A DNA stretch of 64,000 nt from Microcoleus sp. (lineage in GTDB: Bacteria; Cyanobacteriota; Cyanobacteriia; Cyanobacteriales; Microcoleaceae): NCBI GenBank assembly GCA_052279835.1, contig CP181291.1:5184001-5248000 (forward strand), read 5' to 3'. The translations under genes were made by a program, and so were the position numbers. A model generated the notes under the pieces. It was not told the origin of the DNA. It worked only from the letters and a program-made list of their open reading frames with translations, and made no database searches. Of this stretch, positions 28,632-39,064 are shown piece after piece. Every line of letters begins with the position of its first letter. The first letter of the stretch is position 1.

Positions 28632-30276
28632 CTAGGGGCTGTCGGTTTCCTCCGAGGGGGAGAGTTCCGACTCTGGTATCGATTTAAACACGGGACAGTA
28701 GCCATCGGGAGTGACTTTGAATCCAAACAAAGGAGATAATTGACTCCAACAGCGCTGGCCGCGGTAGTGCTGGCAGTTGGCACAGCATTCGATGTTGATG
28801 ATGCGAGTTCGATCGCTCCCTTGAAACAGCAGTTCCCGTTGAGAAATCCCCCGCAGCACAAGTTCCTCCCCTTGCCATCGGGCTTCTACCAAACCGGTAT
28901 CGGCAAAATTGACCCAGCGGGGATCGTCTGTAATCTGGTGTGGCAAATTAATCGCTACTTCCGTCCCCAAGTCACTGAGTTCTCCCTCATAATTAGTTTC
29001 CGGGATGGCCGGTTGCAAAAACATTTCGCCCAGGGGCAGATCTACAATAGTTCCGGTGGCAGGAGTGTGCAACTGGTAGCGGTTTCGCAACTCGTCCAAA
29101 TTAGCCAAATCCGCCAAATAGGCGGGGGAACCGTGGATCAAAATTACGTGCTGCGGGCGTAAGTTGTGAATTAGCTGGGTAGTTCCGGGGTCCGTCACAG
29201 TGTTCGGCTAACAAGTAAGTTTCGATCAGTCGGACTCCTGATTCCTGTCTGTCACCAACAGATTCTCTGACAGGATATCCGGGTTTTTGAGGTAGAAGTA
29301 CAATCCAAGGATGGGTGCGATCGGCAACGTACAAATTCCAATCAGCAGTTTCATCAGTAATCACAATACAGGGGCCTTGACCCAAAAATGGCTGCTGTTT
29401 GGGATCTCTTCGGCGCACGCGGGGTTTGACCCTTTCATCCCAAAATAAAGGTTGATGCAGAGCAAAATTTTGGACTGCTGTGGGAAATTGAGGTAGCAAT
29501 TCCAAATAAGCGTCGCAGCCGTCAGCCACCGCACCATCTACCCAAATATCTAAGTCGCGACCGGTAAAATAGTGGTGGCTGCGGAGTAGCATTAGGAGTT
29601 CTTGGCCCAAACCCAGTGCTGGCGTGGGCAACAGTACGGAATAGCCGTCGGCGATCGCGCGATGAATCCGTTCTGCTAACTGATTTTCCAGTTGTCGGCG
29701 GTGAGGGTGACGGGCAGTACCGTAACTACCTTCCAAAATTAGCACATCGGGTTTGAGTCCCCGGAGTTCTCCCAGGGGCAACCCTTCCACCAAACGAGAA
29801 TTGGACAGAAAAAAATCACCGGTGTAAACGAGGGTGTAGGTGCGGTGGGGGGCAGCATAGGTGAGGATGGCAGTGGCCGCTCCGGGCAAATGGCCCGACG
29901 GGAATAACTGGACGGTGAGTCCCCGGCGCAGTTCCACGGGGGACTGCCAAGGCAGTGGCTGACAGAAATGCAAATCTGATGACTGGGCCTGTTGTAACCA
30001 GTTCAGGGGTAGCAGTTGGGTTGTCACTTCGCTGGCATAGATGGGTAACTGGGGGAAAGATTGGTGAAGTGCTAGTAAACCTCTGGCGTGGTCGGCATGG
30101 GCATGGGTACATATCACTAAATCGGCGGGATCTGGCCGATCGAGGTCTGCTGACAGCAGTGGGATATTTTCGACACCACAGTCAAGTAAAATCCGGTGCG
30201 GTCCCATTCGCACTAACAGACAGACGCCTTCATTACCATGACCTGCGCCGTAAGGTAAACAATCGAGTTCCATCAT
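28632..30276 (-). CDS. Beta-CASP MBL-fold hydrolase with C-terminal Cys cluster; +1 frameshift at 29187-29190
   Basis: THAHADH, SGHLPGA, YTGDF, EGSYG; removing one base gives AEHCDGPGTTQLIHNLRPQHVILIHG and joins the two ORFs. Confidence 0.85.
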
Positions 30277-30592
30277 TGCGGTGAGCTCCCTGCTTTGCGC
30301 GCAATTTGCCGTATCACCACATTTAAACTCTTGTTACGACTCCATTGAGCGATCGAGTGGAAATGTTTGCGATACAAATTCTGCCCTTAAGATTTGATGC
30401 TACCAAGGAAAGGGATCTTGCGAGTGATACATAATTGGTAGTAAATCAGGATTTATCATAAAACTGGGTTTAAAACCCTGTCACTTCGGCGAAGCTGAAC
30501 TCTTAACCGCAGTTGGGCCAGGGATTTGTATCAGTTTCGCATCTGGCTCTAATGGTGTGGAAAAGTAATAGCAAAAATCTATCGGATAACTC

Positions 30593-31787
30593 ATGGCAAC
30601 AGCTATTCTCGACCTAGAAATTTCTCAACTGCCGCCAGAAATAGCGTTTGAGGAGCGCTACAGCAAAGCGCTGGTGTTAATTCGATTGCACGGAAATCCG
30701 ATCGGTCAAGCAACTTTGCCCGTAGTCGGAGGTCGCATTGGCGGCGATGAATTACGGGAAACACTGACGAAGGCTGTGGGGAAAAACCTTGGAAAAAACT
30801 GGCTTTGGGATGCCTTAGCATGGGACGAACGGGGGCCTGTGCAGCCTGTGCCGATCGCCACCGTAGCGGTTTGCACGCGCGATCGCCCGGAAGATTTGCA
30901 GCGCACTCTTGAAGCATTGATGGGACTGCCCGATGATGGTCAGGAATACTTGGTAATTGACAACTGTCCCACCACGGACGCTACGCAGGAACTGGTCAAA
31001 AATTACCCAAAAGTCCGCTATGTGCGGGAGGATGTACCGGGCTCCAGCGCCGCGCGCAACCGAGCTTTAAGGGAGGCTAAACACGAATTCGTGGTGTTTA
31101 CAGATGACGATGCGACTCCCGATCGGAATTGGTTGCGATCGCTCTTGCGAAATTTCAGTGACTCCAGAGTGATGTGCGTGACGGGGCTAGTGATGCCACT
31201 GGAACTGGAAACAGAAGCCCAAGAATGGTTTGAGCGCTACAGCCCCCACGGGCGGGGATTTGAGCGCCTAGTATTTGATGGGGCCCATAGCAATCCTCTG
31301 GTTGTGCATCTGGTGGGGGTTTCAGCGAGTATGGCTGTGCGTTCAAGTTCCATGGACTTTATCGGGCTGTTTGACGAAGCTTTGGGGGCGGGAACGCCAG
31401 CGGCTAGCGGGGAAGACTGCGAATTTTTTACCCGCATTTTGCGATCGGGCTACTGCATTGTCTACGAGCCCAGGGCCTTGAGTTGGCATCGCCATCGCCG
31501 CACTTGGGAAGAAACTGCGGAATACTCTTGAAGGCTATGGAGTGGGAGTCTATGCTTTTTGGACGCAGATGATTTTGGTGCATCGAGAATTCGGCGTGAT
31601 TCTGTTAGCCTTGTCATGGTTGTGCTACAAACAAATTCCTGAACTAATTGCTTCAGTGCGAAAGCAACCGGATGCTGTTCCTAGTGATTTGCTTTTGGCT
31701 CAATTACGGGGCTGTATTAGTGGACCGATGGCTTATTTTGCTTCTAGGAAGTGGTTGCAAAAGATTAAGGAAGAAATTAGTTGTTAG
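30593..31787 (+). CDS. Glycosyltransferase family 2; +1 frameshift at 31512-31514
   Basis: VCTRDR, SAARN, FTDDD, GED; deleting one A gives TWEELRNTLEGYGVG and joins the 31542 ORF. Confidence 0.85.
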
Positions 31788-31849
31788 TTGTTAGTTGTTA
31801 GTTGTTGATTATAATAACCGATTTCCGATTCCCAATTCCCAATGTAAAT

Positions 31850-33196
31850 ATGGAAAACATAACAGTTAGTATAGTTCTGATAACTCACAACCGCAGTTAT
31901 TCGCTGCGACGGGCTTTGGATGCTTTGCAATTACAGACTTATCCCTTAGAACTCATCGAAGTTAGAGTGGTTGCAGATAGCTGCATTGACGATACTTTAG
32001 CAATGTTAGAAGAGTACAAAGCTCCTTTTAAACTCCAAATAATTGAGGCAAATTGCCGCAGTGTGGGTATGTCTCGCAATGTGGGAGCAGCGGAGGCTAC
32101 TGGACAAATGTTGCTGTTTCTCGACGATGATATCGAACCAACTCCCTGTTTAGTGGAAAACCATTTGCGGGTTCATCGAGAACATCCGGGCTGTGCTGCG
32201 ATCGGTCCTTATCCGCCAAAGTTACGCTCCAGGACTAAGTTTTTTGAGATAGAAGTGCGGACTTGGTGGGAGGAAAAATTTTACCAGATGAGCAAGCCTG
32301 CTCACCGTTATAGTTATCAAGATTTGCTTTGCGGCAATCTTTCTATTGAGACTAAACTGTTTGCTAGCACTGGAGGTTTTGATTCTGCCTTTGGTCCTGG
32401 TACTGCTTATGAAGATTATGAATTTGCCTTGCGCTTGCTCAAGGTAAATGTGCCTTTTGTGGCAGCTCCGGATGCTGTTGGCTATCATTATGAACATGAA
32501 ACTAATAATCTAGATCGCTCTTTTGGTCGTGCTCGTGCGGAAGGGCGATCGGATGTTTTGATCGGTGAGCGACACCCAGAAATCAAACCCTTTCTACACA
32601 TCAAGGACTATGACACTCCTGATGCGTTGGTAGATAAAATTTTGGTGGCGATGGTGTTTCTATGGCCAGCCGGCTTAGATTTGTTGACTATCGGACTCAG
32701 AAAATCCCTTGACTGGCTGGAATACCTGGGGATGCGGGGTAGTTGGCGGTGGCTGCGGACAAGACTACTGGCTTACTCCTATTTGCGGGGGGTGATGGAT
32801 AGTTTGCCAACGCGATCGGCTGTGGCGAGTTTTATGCAATCAGGAACGGCTAGCGCGGCTGTCAGGGCACAGGAAATTGAAATTGACTTGCAGGAAGGTT
32901 GGTTGGAGGCAGAGCGAATCATTGACGAAAAACGACCGGATGGGGTTCACCTGCGTTACGGTGAAATTCCGGTGGGTCACATCGCCCCGAAAGTTGGTAT
33001 GGAACCACTAAGAGGGGTTCACTTGCGTCCAATTTTGGCAAATACGATGTGGGAGGAATTGCTAGGGGCGATCGCCCTTAAGGGTATGCCGAAAAGTGCG
33101 GTCCTGAATGGGTCGAGTTTAGTTGACAAATGCCTACTTCAACATCTACAGTTATCTATAGTATTGGACAAAAAAATCAGCGATCGTCCTTCCTAG
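31850..33196 (+). CDS. Glycosyltransferase family 2
   Basis: ATG at 31850; SIVLITHNR, SRNVG, FLDDD, YEDYEF. Confidence 0.88.
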   Translation: MENITVSIVLITHNRSYSLRRALDALQLQTYPLELIEVRVVADSCIDDTLAMLEEYKAPFKLQIIEANCRSVGMSRNVGAAEATGQMLLFLDDDIEPTPCLVENHLRVHREHPGCAAIGPYPPKLRSRTKFFEIEVRTWWEEKFYQMSKPAHRYSYQDLLCGNLSIETKLFASTGGFDSAFGPGTAYEDYEFALRLLKVNVPFVAAPDAVGYHYEHETNNLDRSFGRARAEGRSDVLIGERHPEIKPFLHIKDYDTPDALVDKILVAMVFLWPAGLDLLTIGLRKSLDWLEYLGMRGSWRWLRTRLLAYSYLRGVMDSLPTRSAVASFMQSGTASAAVRAQEIEIDLQEGWLEAERIIDEKRPDGVHLRYGEIPVGHIAPKVGMEPLRGVHLRPILANTMWEELLGAIALKGMPKSAVLNGSSLVDKCLLQHLQLSIVLDKKISDRPS

Positions 33197-33464
33197 AAAG
33201 CAGCTACAGGGAGAAACCTGGTTTGTGAAGACAATATTATATTTAAATATTTAATACTGGCAAAAACCAGATTGATTTGGAAATCCTGCTTAATTCTTAT
33301 GATTTTAATCAAGATGAATCGGTCGTTAAATAATTAGGAATCAACCATGGTAATTAGGAAACTAAAACTGATGGGAGTCGATTTTTTACAATCAACGGTT
33401 GAGCCAGCGAATCAGGTGCAGATTGAGTGGGTGGAGAGTACGCAACCAGAACTTGAAATAATGG

Positions 33465-34268
33465 GTGGGGTATGCTGTGAAAAATAGGGTAAATGTGGGG
33501 AACATTCGCAAAATCATTCATTTCTTTGATTTGCTGCGGGTGTTGGTCGATCGAGATATGAAATTACTTTACAAGCGATCGTCTTTAGGTATTGCTTGGA
33601 CTTTAATCAGTCCGCTGTTACAGTTAGCTGTATTTTCCTTTGTATTTCGCTCCGTAATACCGATTAATGTTTCTAAGTTCTCTTCCTTTGCGTTCAGCGG
33701 TTTGTTAATATGGACTTGGAGTCAGACAGCGCTATTCAAATCGACGGCACTGATTACCAACAACCGCGCTTTAATTAGACAGCCAAATTTTCCCACAGAA
33801 ATTTTACCATTGGTGACAACAACCACGGGGTTAATTCATTTTTTGCTGGCGCTACCGGTGCTAATTATCTTTCTGGCTGTTGATGGCGTGCGGCCCAGTT
33901 ATGTACTGCTGATTTTACCGCTATTGATGTTTATTCAGTTTATTTTGACGGTGAGTTTTGCTTATCCACTGGCTGCGTTGAATGTGACGTTTCGTGATAC
34001 TCAACACACTTTGGGTGTGCTTTTACAGATGTTCTTTTACCTGACTCCGATTTTTTACGACCTCAGCAGCGTCCCGGAAGCATATCGTGCATTCTATCAG
34101 TTAAATCCCATGGTGCCTTTGATGCAAGCTTACCGCGATGTACTGTTGAGAGGTATTCAGCCGGATTGGCTAGCACTGTTAATTGTCAGCGCTGTTGTGG
34201 CTGCTCTTTTTCCGATCGGGTTGGGGATTTTTCGACGCCAAAGCGATCGTTTTGTGGAGGAATTGTAA
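33465..34268 (+). CDS. wzm: ABC-2 polysaccharide export permease (Wzm)
   Basis: RDMKLLYKRSSLGIAWTLISP, FRDTQH, FYLTPIFY, LNP. Confidence 0.9.
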   Translation: MGYAVKNRVNVGNIRKIIHFFDLLRVLVDRDMKLLYKRSSLGIAWTLISPLLQLAVFSFVFRSVIPINVSKFSSFAFSGLLIWTWSQTALFKSTALITNNRALIRQPNFPTEILPLVTTTTGLIHFLLALPVLIIFLAVDGVRPSYVLLILPLLMFIQFILTVSFAYPLAALNVTFRDTQHTLGVLLQMFFYLTPIFYDLSSVPEAYRAFYQLNPMVPLMQAYRDVLLRGIQPDWLALLIVSAVVAALFPIGLGIFRRQSDRFVEEL

Positions 34269-36341
34269 ATGCGTCCAGCTATTGTTGTTAAGGGTTTGGG
34301 GAAACGTTTTAACCGCTACAGTGCCGATCGACCTTTTACTATTATGGAGGCCGCTTTGTGGGGATGGTGGCGGATGAAACCCCAGGCTCATTTTTGGGCG
34401 CTGCGCGATGTGAGTTTTACGGTTTCTCCTGGGGAAATGCTGGGAATTATTGGCAAAAATGGGGCCGGAAAATCGACACTATTACAACTTGTTGGCGGTA
34501 TTGGCTGCGCTGAGGAAGGGACTATTGAGGTTAATGGCAGAATTGGTGGTTTGTTGGATTTGGGTGCGGGTTTTCATTTGGATTTAACTGGTAGAGAAAA
34601 TGTGTTTGTGGGTGCGGTGGTGGCTGGTTTGACTCACAAAGAAGCGGGGCGTCGGTTTGATGATATTGTTGAATTTGCGGAGTTGGAAAAGTTTATTGAT
34701 AGCCCCATGCGGACTTACAGTACGGGGATGCAAATGCGGCTGGCTTTTTCGGTGGCGGTTCACACCGATCCAGAAGTGCTTTTAGTAGATGAACATTTGT
34801 CGGTTGGGGATGTGGCTTTTCAAACTAAATGTTTGAATAAGATTAATGATTTTAAGAGTCAAGGTTGTGCGATTGTTTTGATTTCTCACATGGCTGAGCA
34901 AATTCAGAAAATGTGCGATCGGGCTTTGTGGTTGCGATCGGGTACAATCATGGCTTACGGGGAGACTGAAGCCGTAATCAGTCAGTATTTGGGAGAAATG
35001 GGTTCGGAAACTGAAATACTTAATCCCCTGATTCTTCCTCAAGTAACAAGTACCGTTTCTCCACAGCGAGTTAATCAACATTGCTTCGGTTCTTTAGGTG
35101 TCAAAATTACGGATGTTAAAGTGTTACCGGATGGAGAAATTGAGAGTGGCGATTCTGTAACTATTGAGATTGATTATGCGGTGGTCAAGTCAATTTTTGG
35201 TGTGATATTTGGGGTGACAATTAGCCGGAAAGACGGTCAAATTTGTTTGGATATTAAAACCAATAAAATCGGTCAATTGCTACCGCTGGCTCAGGGTGAG
35301 GGCAAAATTAGGCTGTATTTAGATAGATTAGATTTGGGGAATGGTCAATATTATGTAAATGTTGGGGTTTATGAAAAAACCTTGGCTTATACTTATGATT
35401 ATCGCCATCAAGTTGCTCCGTTGTATGTGCGATCGCCTTTACGTCAAAACACGATTCTTTGTCCTCCTTACCGCTGGGAGTGGGATGGTCAAATCGAGAG
35501 CGCCCAATTACCAAATAAAGTTGAACAAACTCACCCTATTAATAAAAACAATCCGAATTATGCCACAATTTTGACTCAGTTGCAAGAGCAGAGTAAGCCT
35601 AATTTTTTACTGTTGGGTTCTCCACAATGCGGTATTGAGGGTTTGTATCGATATCTGGAAAATTCCTTGCAAATTATTCAAGCAGGTGCTAGGAAAGTTC
35701 ACTTTTTTGACTTAAATTACGATCGCGGTGTCGAGTGGTATAGCCAGCAGTTGACTCTGGGTGTGGCGGGAGATACAGTGCTGCGCTGGGAGATGACACC
35801 TGAGTATATGGATCATCCTTTGGTGGCGGAACGGGTTTATAAGTGTTTCCCTGATGTGAAATTAATTATGATGCTCAGAAATCCCGTGCAAAGAGCATGG
35901 GTACACTATAATTTAGAAGTGGCGATGGGTTGTGAAGAGTTCGATGTTACAAAGGCGATCGCCTCTGAGTGCGATCGGCTAGCAGGTGAAATTGAGAAAA
36001 TTCGCTCTCATCAAAATTACCACAGTTTTAATCACCAGCACTACTCCTATTTGTCGCGGGGTATTTATGTGGAACAAATCAAGAATTGGCTGGACTATTT
36101 CCCAAGAGAACAGTTGTTGATTTTGAAGAGTGAGGATTTTCAGGAAAATCCTGGTAAGGTATTTTCTAAGGTGTGGGATTTCTTGGATATTAGCGCTAGT
36201 GCTGTCAAGGAATACGAGATTAATATTATTGAGGATTATAGTAAAATTCCGGAGGCGATGGAAGATAAGTTAATCGGTTATTTTAAGCCTTATAATCAGC
36301 AGTTGTCTGATTTGTTGAAAGAGGATTTTAGTTGGAGTTAG
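34269..36341 (+). CDS. wzt: Wzt ATPase with Wzt_C domain and C-terminal sulfotransferase-like domain
   Basis: GKNGAGKST, YSTGMQMRL, VDEHLSVGD; then HFFD, TPEY, LRNPVQRAW, YLSRGIY. Confidence 0.88.
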   Translation: MRPAIVVKGLGKRFNRYSADRPFTIMEAALWGWWRMKPQAHFWALRDVSFTVSPGEMLGIIGKNGAGKSTLLQLVGGIGCAEEGTIEVNGRIGGLLDLGAGFHLDLTGRENVFVGAVVAGLTHKEAGRRFDDIVEFAELEKFIDSPMRTYSTGMQMRLAFSVAVHTDPEVLLVDEHLSVGDVAFQTKCLNKINDFKSQGCAIVLISHMAEQIQKMCDRALWLRSGTIMAYGETEAVISQYLGEMGSETEILNPLILPQVTSTVSPQRVNQHCFGSLGVKITDVKVLPDGEIESGDSVTIEIDYAVVKSIFGVIFGVTISRKDGQICLDIKTNKIGQLLPLAQGEGKIRLYLDRLDLGNGQYYVNVGVYEKTLAYTYDYRHQVAPLYVRSPLRQNTILCPPYRWEWDGQIESAQLPNKVEQTHPINKNNPNYATILTQLQEQSKPNFLLLGSPQCGIEGLYRYLENSLQIIQAGARKVHFFDLNYDRGVEWYSQQLTLGVAGDTVLRWEMTPEYMDHPLVAERVYKCFPDVKLIMMLRNPVQRAWVHYNLEVAMGCEEFDVTKAIASECDRLAGEIEKIRSHQNYHSFNHQHYSYLSRGIYVEQIKNWLDYFPREQLLILKSEDFQENPGKVFSKVWDFLDISASAVKEYEINIIEDYSKIPEAMEDKLIGYFKPYNQQLSDLLKEDFSWS

Positions 36342-36343
36342 GG

Positions 36344-36658
36344 AAAGAGTTTTTTACCGCAGAGAGCGCAGAGAGCGCAGAGAGTGCTAAAAGGAACATA
36401 AATCATAGCTCTTTCTTCTCTTCCTCTGTGTCCCTCTGCGCTCTAGTAAGGTTAATTTAAAAAATCTTATTCACCAACAATTTATCAAGTATCAACATGA
36501 AAAGAGTTTTTTACCGCAGAGAGCGCAGAGAGCGCAGAGAGTGCTGAAAGGAACATGAATCATAGCTCTTTCTTCTCTTCCTCTGTGTCCTCTGCGCTCT
36601 AGTAAGGTTAATTCAAAAAATCTTATTCACCAACAATTTATCAAGTATCAACATGAAA
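36344..36658 (+). repeat. Tandem duplication of ~156 bp including the downstream start codon
   Basis: Near-identical copies start at 36344 and 36501; ATGs at 36497 and 36653. Confidence 0.9.
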
Positions 36659-39064
36659 CGGATATTTTTAGTAGGTGCCCCCAGAAGCGGTACAACACTG
36701 CTTCAGAGTTTGTTGGCTGCTCATCCAGAAATTATTTCTTTTCCAGAATCTAAGTTTTTTCAGTATTTACTGTATAATAAGTTTGTTAAAAAGTTTCCCG
36801 CTCGACTCTCAACTTTTTTTAAGGATGAAATTAATCGTCCTGAGTTTTTGGAGAATTTTGATAACAGCCAATCTACGGAACATAAAGTTAGTTGGTTTGT
36901 CGGAGTTTTAGATAGTTTGGCTGCGGAAAAGCAGAAAAGCATTTGGTTGGAAAAAACACCGGAACATCTATATTTCATTAAAGATATAGAACGATTTTTA
37001 CCTGATGCTAAGTTTATCTATATCTGGCGCAATCCTATGGATACCATAGCTTCTCTCCATGAAGTTACTAGGATTTCCCCGGAATTGTGGGGCGATGGCT
37101 GGGATTTAGACCATTGTATTAAACGTTGGCAAGAGGGGGTGTTAACTAGCTACAGTCATGTTCACAAGTCTAATCATAAACTGGTAAAGTATGAAAAATT
37201 GTTAGAGGATAAAACTCAGTTTTTAGCGGAAATATGTGATTTTCTGGAGATTGATTATGATAGTAAAATGCTGGTAAATTATAAAGCCAAAGCTGCTAAT
37301 TTGAGCTTGAATTTACCTTGGCATACGGGACTTGCCAAAGATATTGAAAGCAGTAAAGTTTATAAGTATCATAGTTGTTTTAACAGCCGGGAAATTCAAT
37401 ATATTTTAGATAAAATCAAGGGTGTAAATTCGGAAATTGGTTATCGGGTTAAGGTGGAGGTGACTGAACCTATTTCAGATATTGAGATTCCGCAAATATT
37501 CGATCGCCTTTACTGCACTGTCCAGCTAGAAGGTGTTAAACTGGGAATTGTTGAATTGCCAGTCTGTGACGGGATGGTGGCTGGCGCGGTTTTGGCAGAT
37601 GCGATCGCAGCTAAGTTTGCTTGGCCAATTCTCCAACGCTTTTTTCAGTATAGAACCTGGGAAAGTATACGTCAATTATCGGAAAGTTCTCTGAGTAAAT
37701 TGCATATAAAAATTGAATGGAATGATTTTTTACAGGAGATATGGGATGGTTTTGATGATGATTCTAATCCTCAGTTAAGGAGGAATGAATTATCAATTAT
37801 TAGTCATAATCAAGACTTGATGGTGGTGGAAGTTAGCGAAGAATTGCCCAATATTCAAGTTGATTTTTCGGAAATTGATGTGTTGGTGAAAGTCGGCGGT
37901 GTTCCGATTGGGATTGTCACAGTTGCGGTTGAACATAATTTGGTTTCTGCGGAAAAATTGCGATCGGCAATTACTCAATATACCAATTTTGAATTGTGTG
38001 TCGCTGCTGTGCGGGAGGCTTTGTTGGGAAAACCGCTAAACGGTAAGATGTCGCTAAGATCGCATTTAGCCTTGTCTGCTCAAAAAATGGCGAATGACCC
38101 CGACAGCTTGAATGCAGAGGGTTCTGGCAGTATTTACCCACAGGATGCGGTGATATTTGGCAGGCATCAGGGGGCGATCGGAACCAGTGTTAGTCGTCGG
38201 GCCACACTACCAGTGGCGGCGCTGCGGGAATTAGCAGAAGCGGCGGAAATTGCGGGGGAAAATATAATTCAAATCCCCTTAGAAAAAGACTTTCCCAAAC
38301 AAATAATTTACGCACCGGAAATACTCGATCGAAATCCCAGCGAGGGAGAAGTTTCTAAATCCGTTAAACCTCAATTTTTTAACAAAAATAGTGTTACTCA
38401 ACAACTGCCAATCTTTGCATACCGCCGGATTTCTCCCGACGGTTTCAATGCAGTGACTCCCCAGGGTTTTGCACAACAGTTGCAGAGGCTTAAAAAGCAA
38501 GGTTATTATAGTGTGAGTTGGGAAAACTGGCAAAGTGCAAAACTAACTAAAACTGCTTTACCTGGTAAACCTGTCTTGCTGACTTTTGACGGTGGCTATC
38601 TCGACTTTTTGGAATATGCTTTCCCTCTGCTACAACAGTTTGACTTTACCGCAACGGTGTTTGTAGTAACAGAGTCCATAGGTAAGACAAATAGTTGGGA
38701 AAAAGCAGATTCGCCAGCAGTGCAATTAATGGGATGGCCAGAAATTAGACAACTGCGGGATGCTGGGATAGAGATTGGTTCCATGTCTGCTACTTATCAA
38801 CCTCTGACTGGTTTGTCACCCACAGAAATCGTGCGGGAAGCGGCAAAATCTCGTGCTATTTTGGAAGGCGGATTGGGGAAACCTGTCAAATGTTTTGCTT
38901 ATCCCTACGGGAGTGTGGATCAAATTATGGAGCATTTAATAGGAGCTATAGGCTATACTTTTGGTGTAGGTTACGGCTCAAGATTTAGTAGTTTTGCCGA
39001 TTCTTTATTGTCGCTTCCTCGGATGCAAGTTACCGCAGCTAATTGGGGAAAATTAGGTTGGTAA
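36653..39064 (+). CDS. Sulfotransferase fused to a CE4 polysaccharide-deacetylase-like domain
   Basis: VGAPRSGTTLL, EKTP, RNPMD; C-terminal LTFDGGY, ATVFV, FAYPYG. Confidence 0.88.
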   Translation: MKRIFLVGAPRSGTTLLQSLLAAHPEIISFPESKFFQYLLYNKFVKKFPARLSTFFKDEINRPEFLENFDNSQSTEHKVSWFVGVLDSLAAEKQKSIWLEKTPEHLYFIKDIERFLPDAKFIYIWRNPMDTIASLHEVTRISPELWGDGWDLDHCIKRWQEGVLTSYSHVHKSNHKLVKYEKLLEDKTQFLAEICDFLEIDYDSKMLVNYKAKAANLSLNLPWHTGLAKDIESSKVYKYHSCFNSREIQYILDKIKGVNSEIGYRVKVEVTEPISDIEIPQIFDRLYCTVQLEGVKLGIVELPVCDGMVAGAVLADAIAAKFAWPILQRFFQYRTWESIRQLSESSLSKLHIKIEWNDFLQEIWDGFDDDSNPQLRRNELSIISHNQDLMVVEVSEELPNIQVDFSEIDVLVKVGGVPIGIVTVAVEHNLVSAEKLRSAITQYTNFELCVAAVREALLGKPLNGKMSLRSHLALSAQKMANDPDSLNAEGSGSIYPQDAVIFGRHQGAIGTSVSRRATLPVAALRELAEAAEIAGENIIQIPLEKDFPKQIIYAPEILDRNPSEGEVSKSVKPQFFNKNSVTQQLPIFAYRRISPDGFNAVTPQGFAQQLQRLKKQGYYSVSWENWQSAKLTKTALPGKPVLLTFDGGYLDFLEYAFPLLQQFDFTATVFVVTESIGKTNSWEKADSPAVQLMGWPEIRQLRDAGIEIGSMSATYQPLTGLSPTEIVREAAKSRAILEGGLGKPVKCFAYPYGSVDQIMEHLIGAIGYTFGVGYGSRFSSFADSLLSLPRMQVTAANWGKLGW

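Noticed and set aside
30461..30500. Possible IS605-type end relic (CTGGGTTTAAAACCCTGTC)
   Set aside because: Too short and degenerate to support without a search
39039..39064. Real convergent overlap between the deacetylase fusion and the oxidoreductase
   Set aside because: It disappears if the probable +1 error at 39150-39152 is corrected
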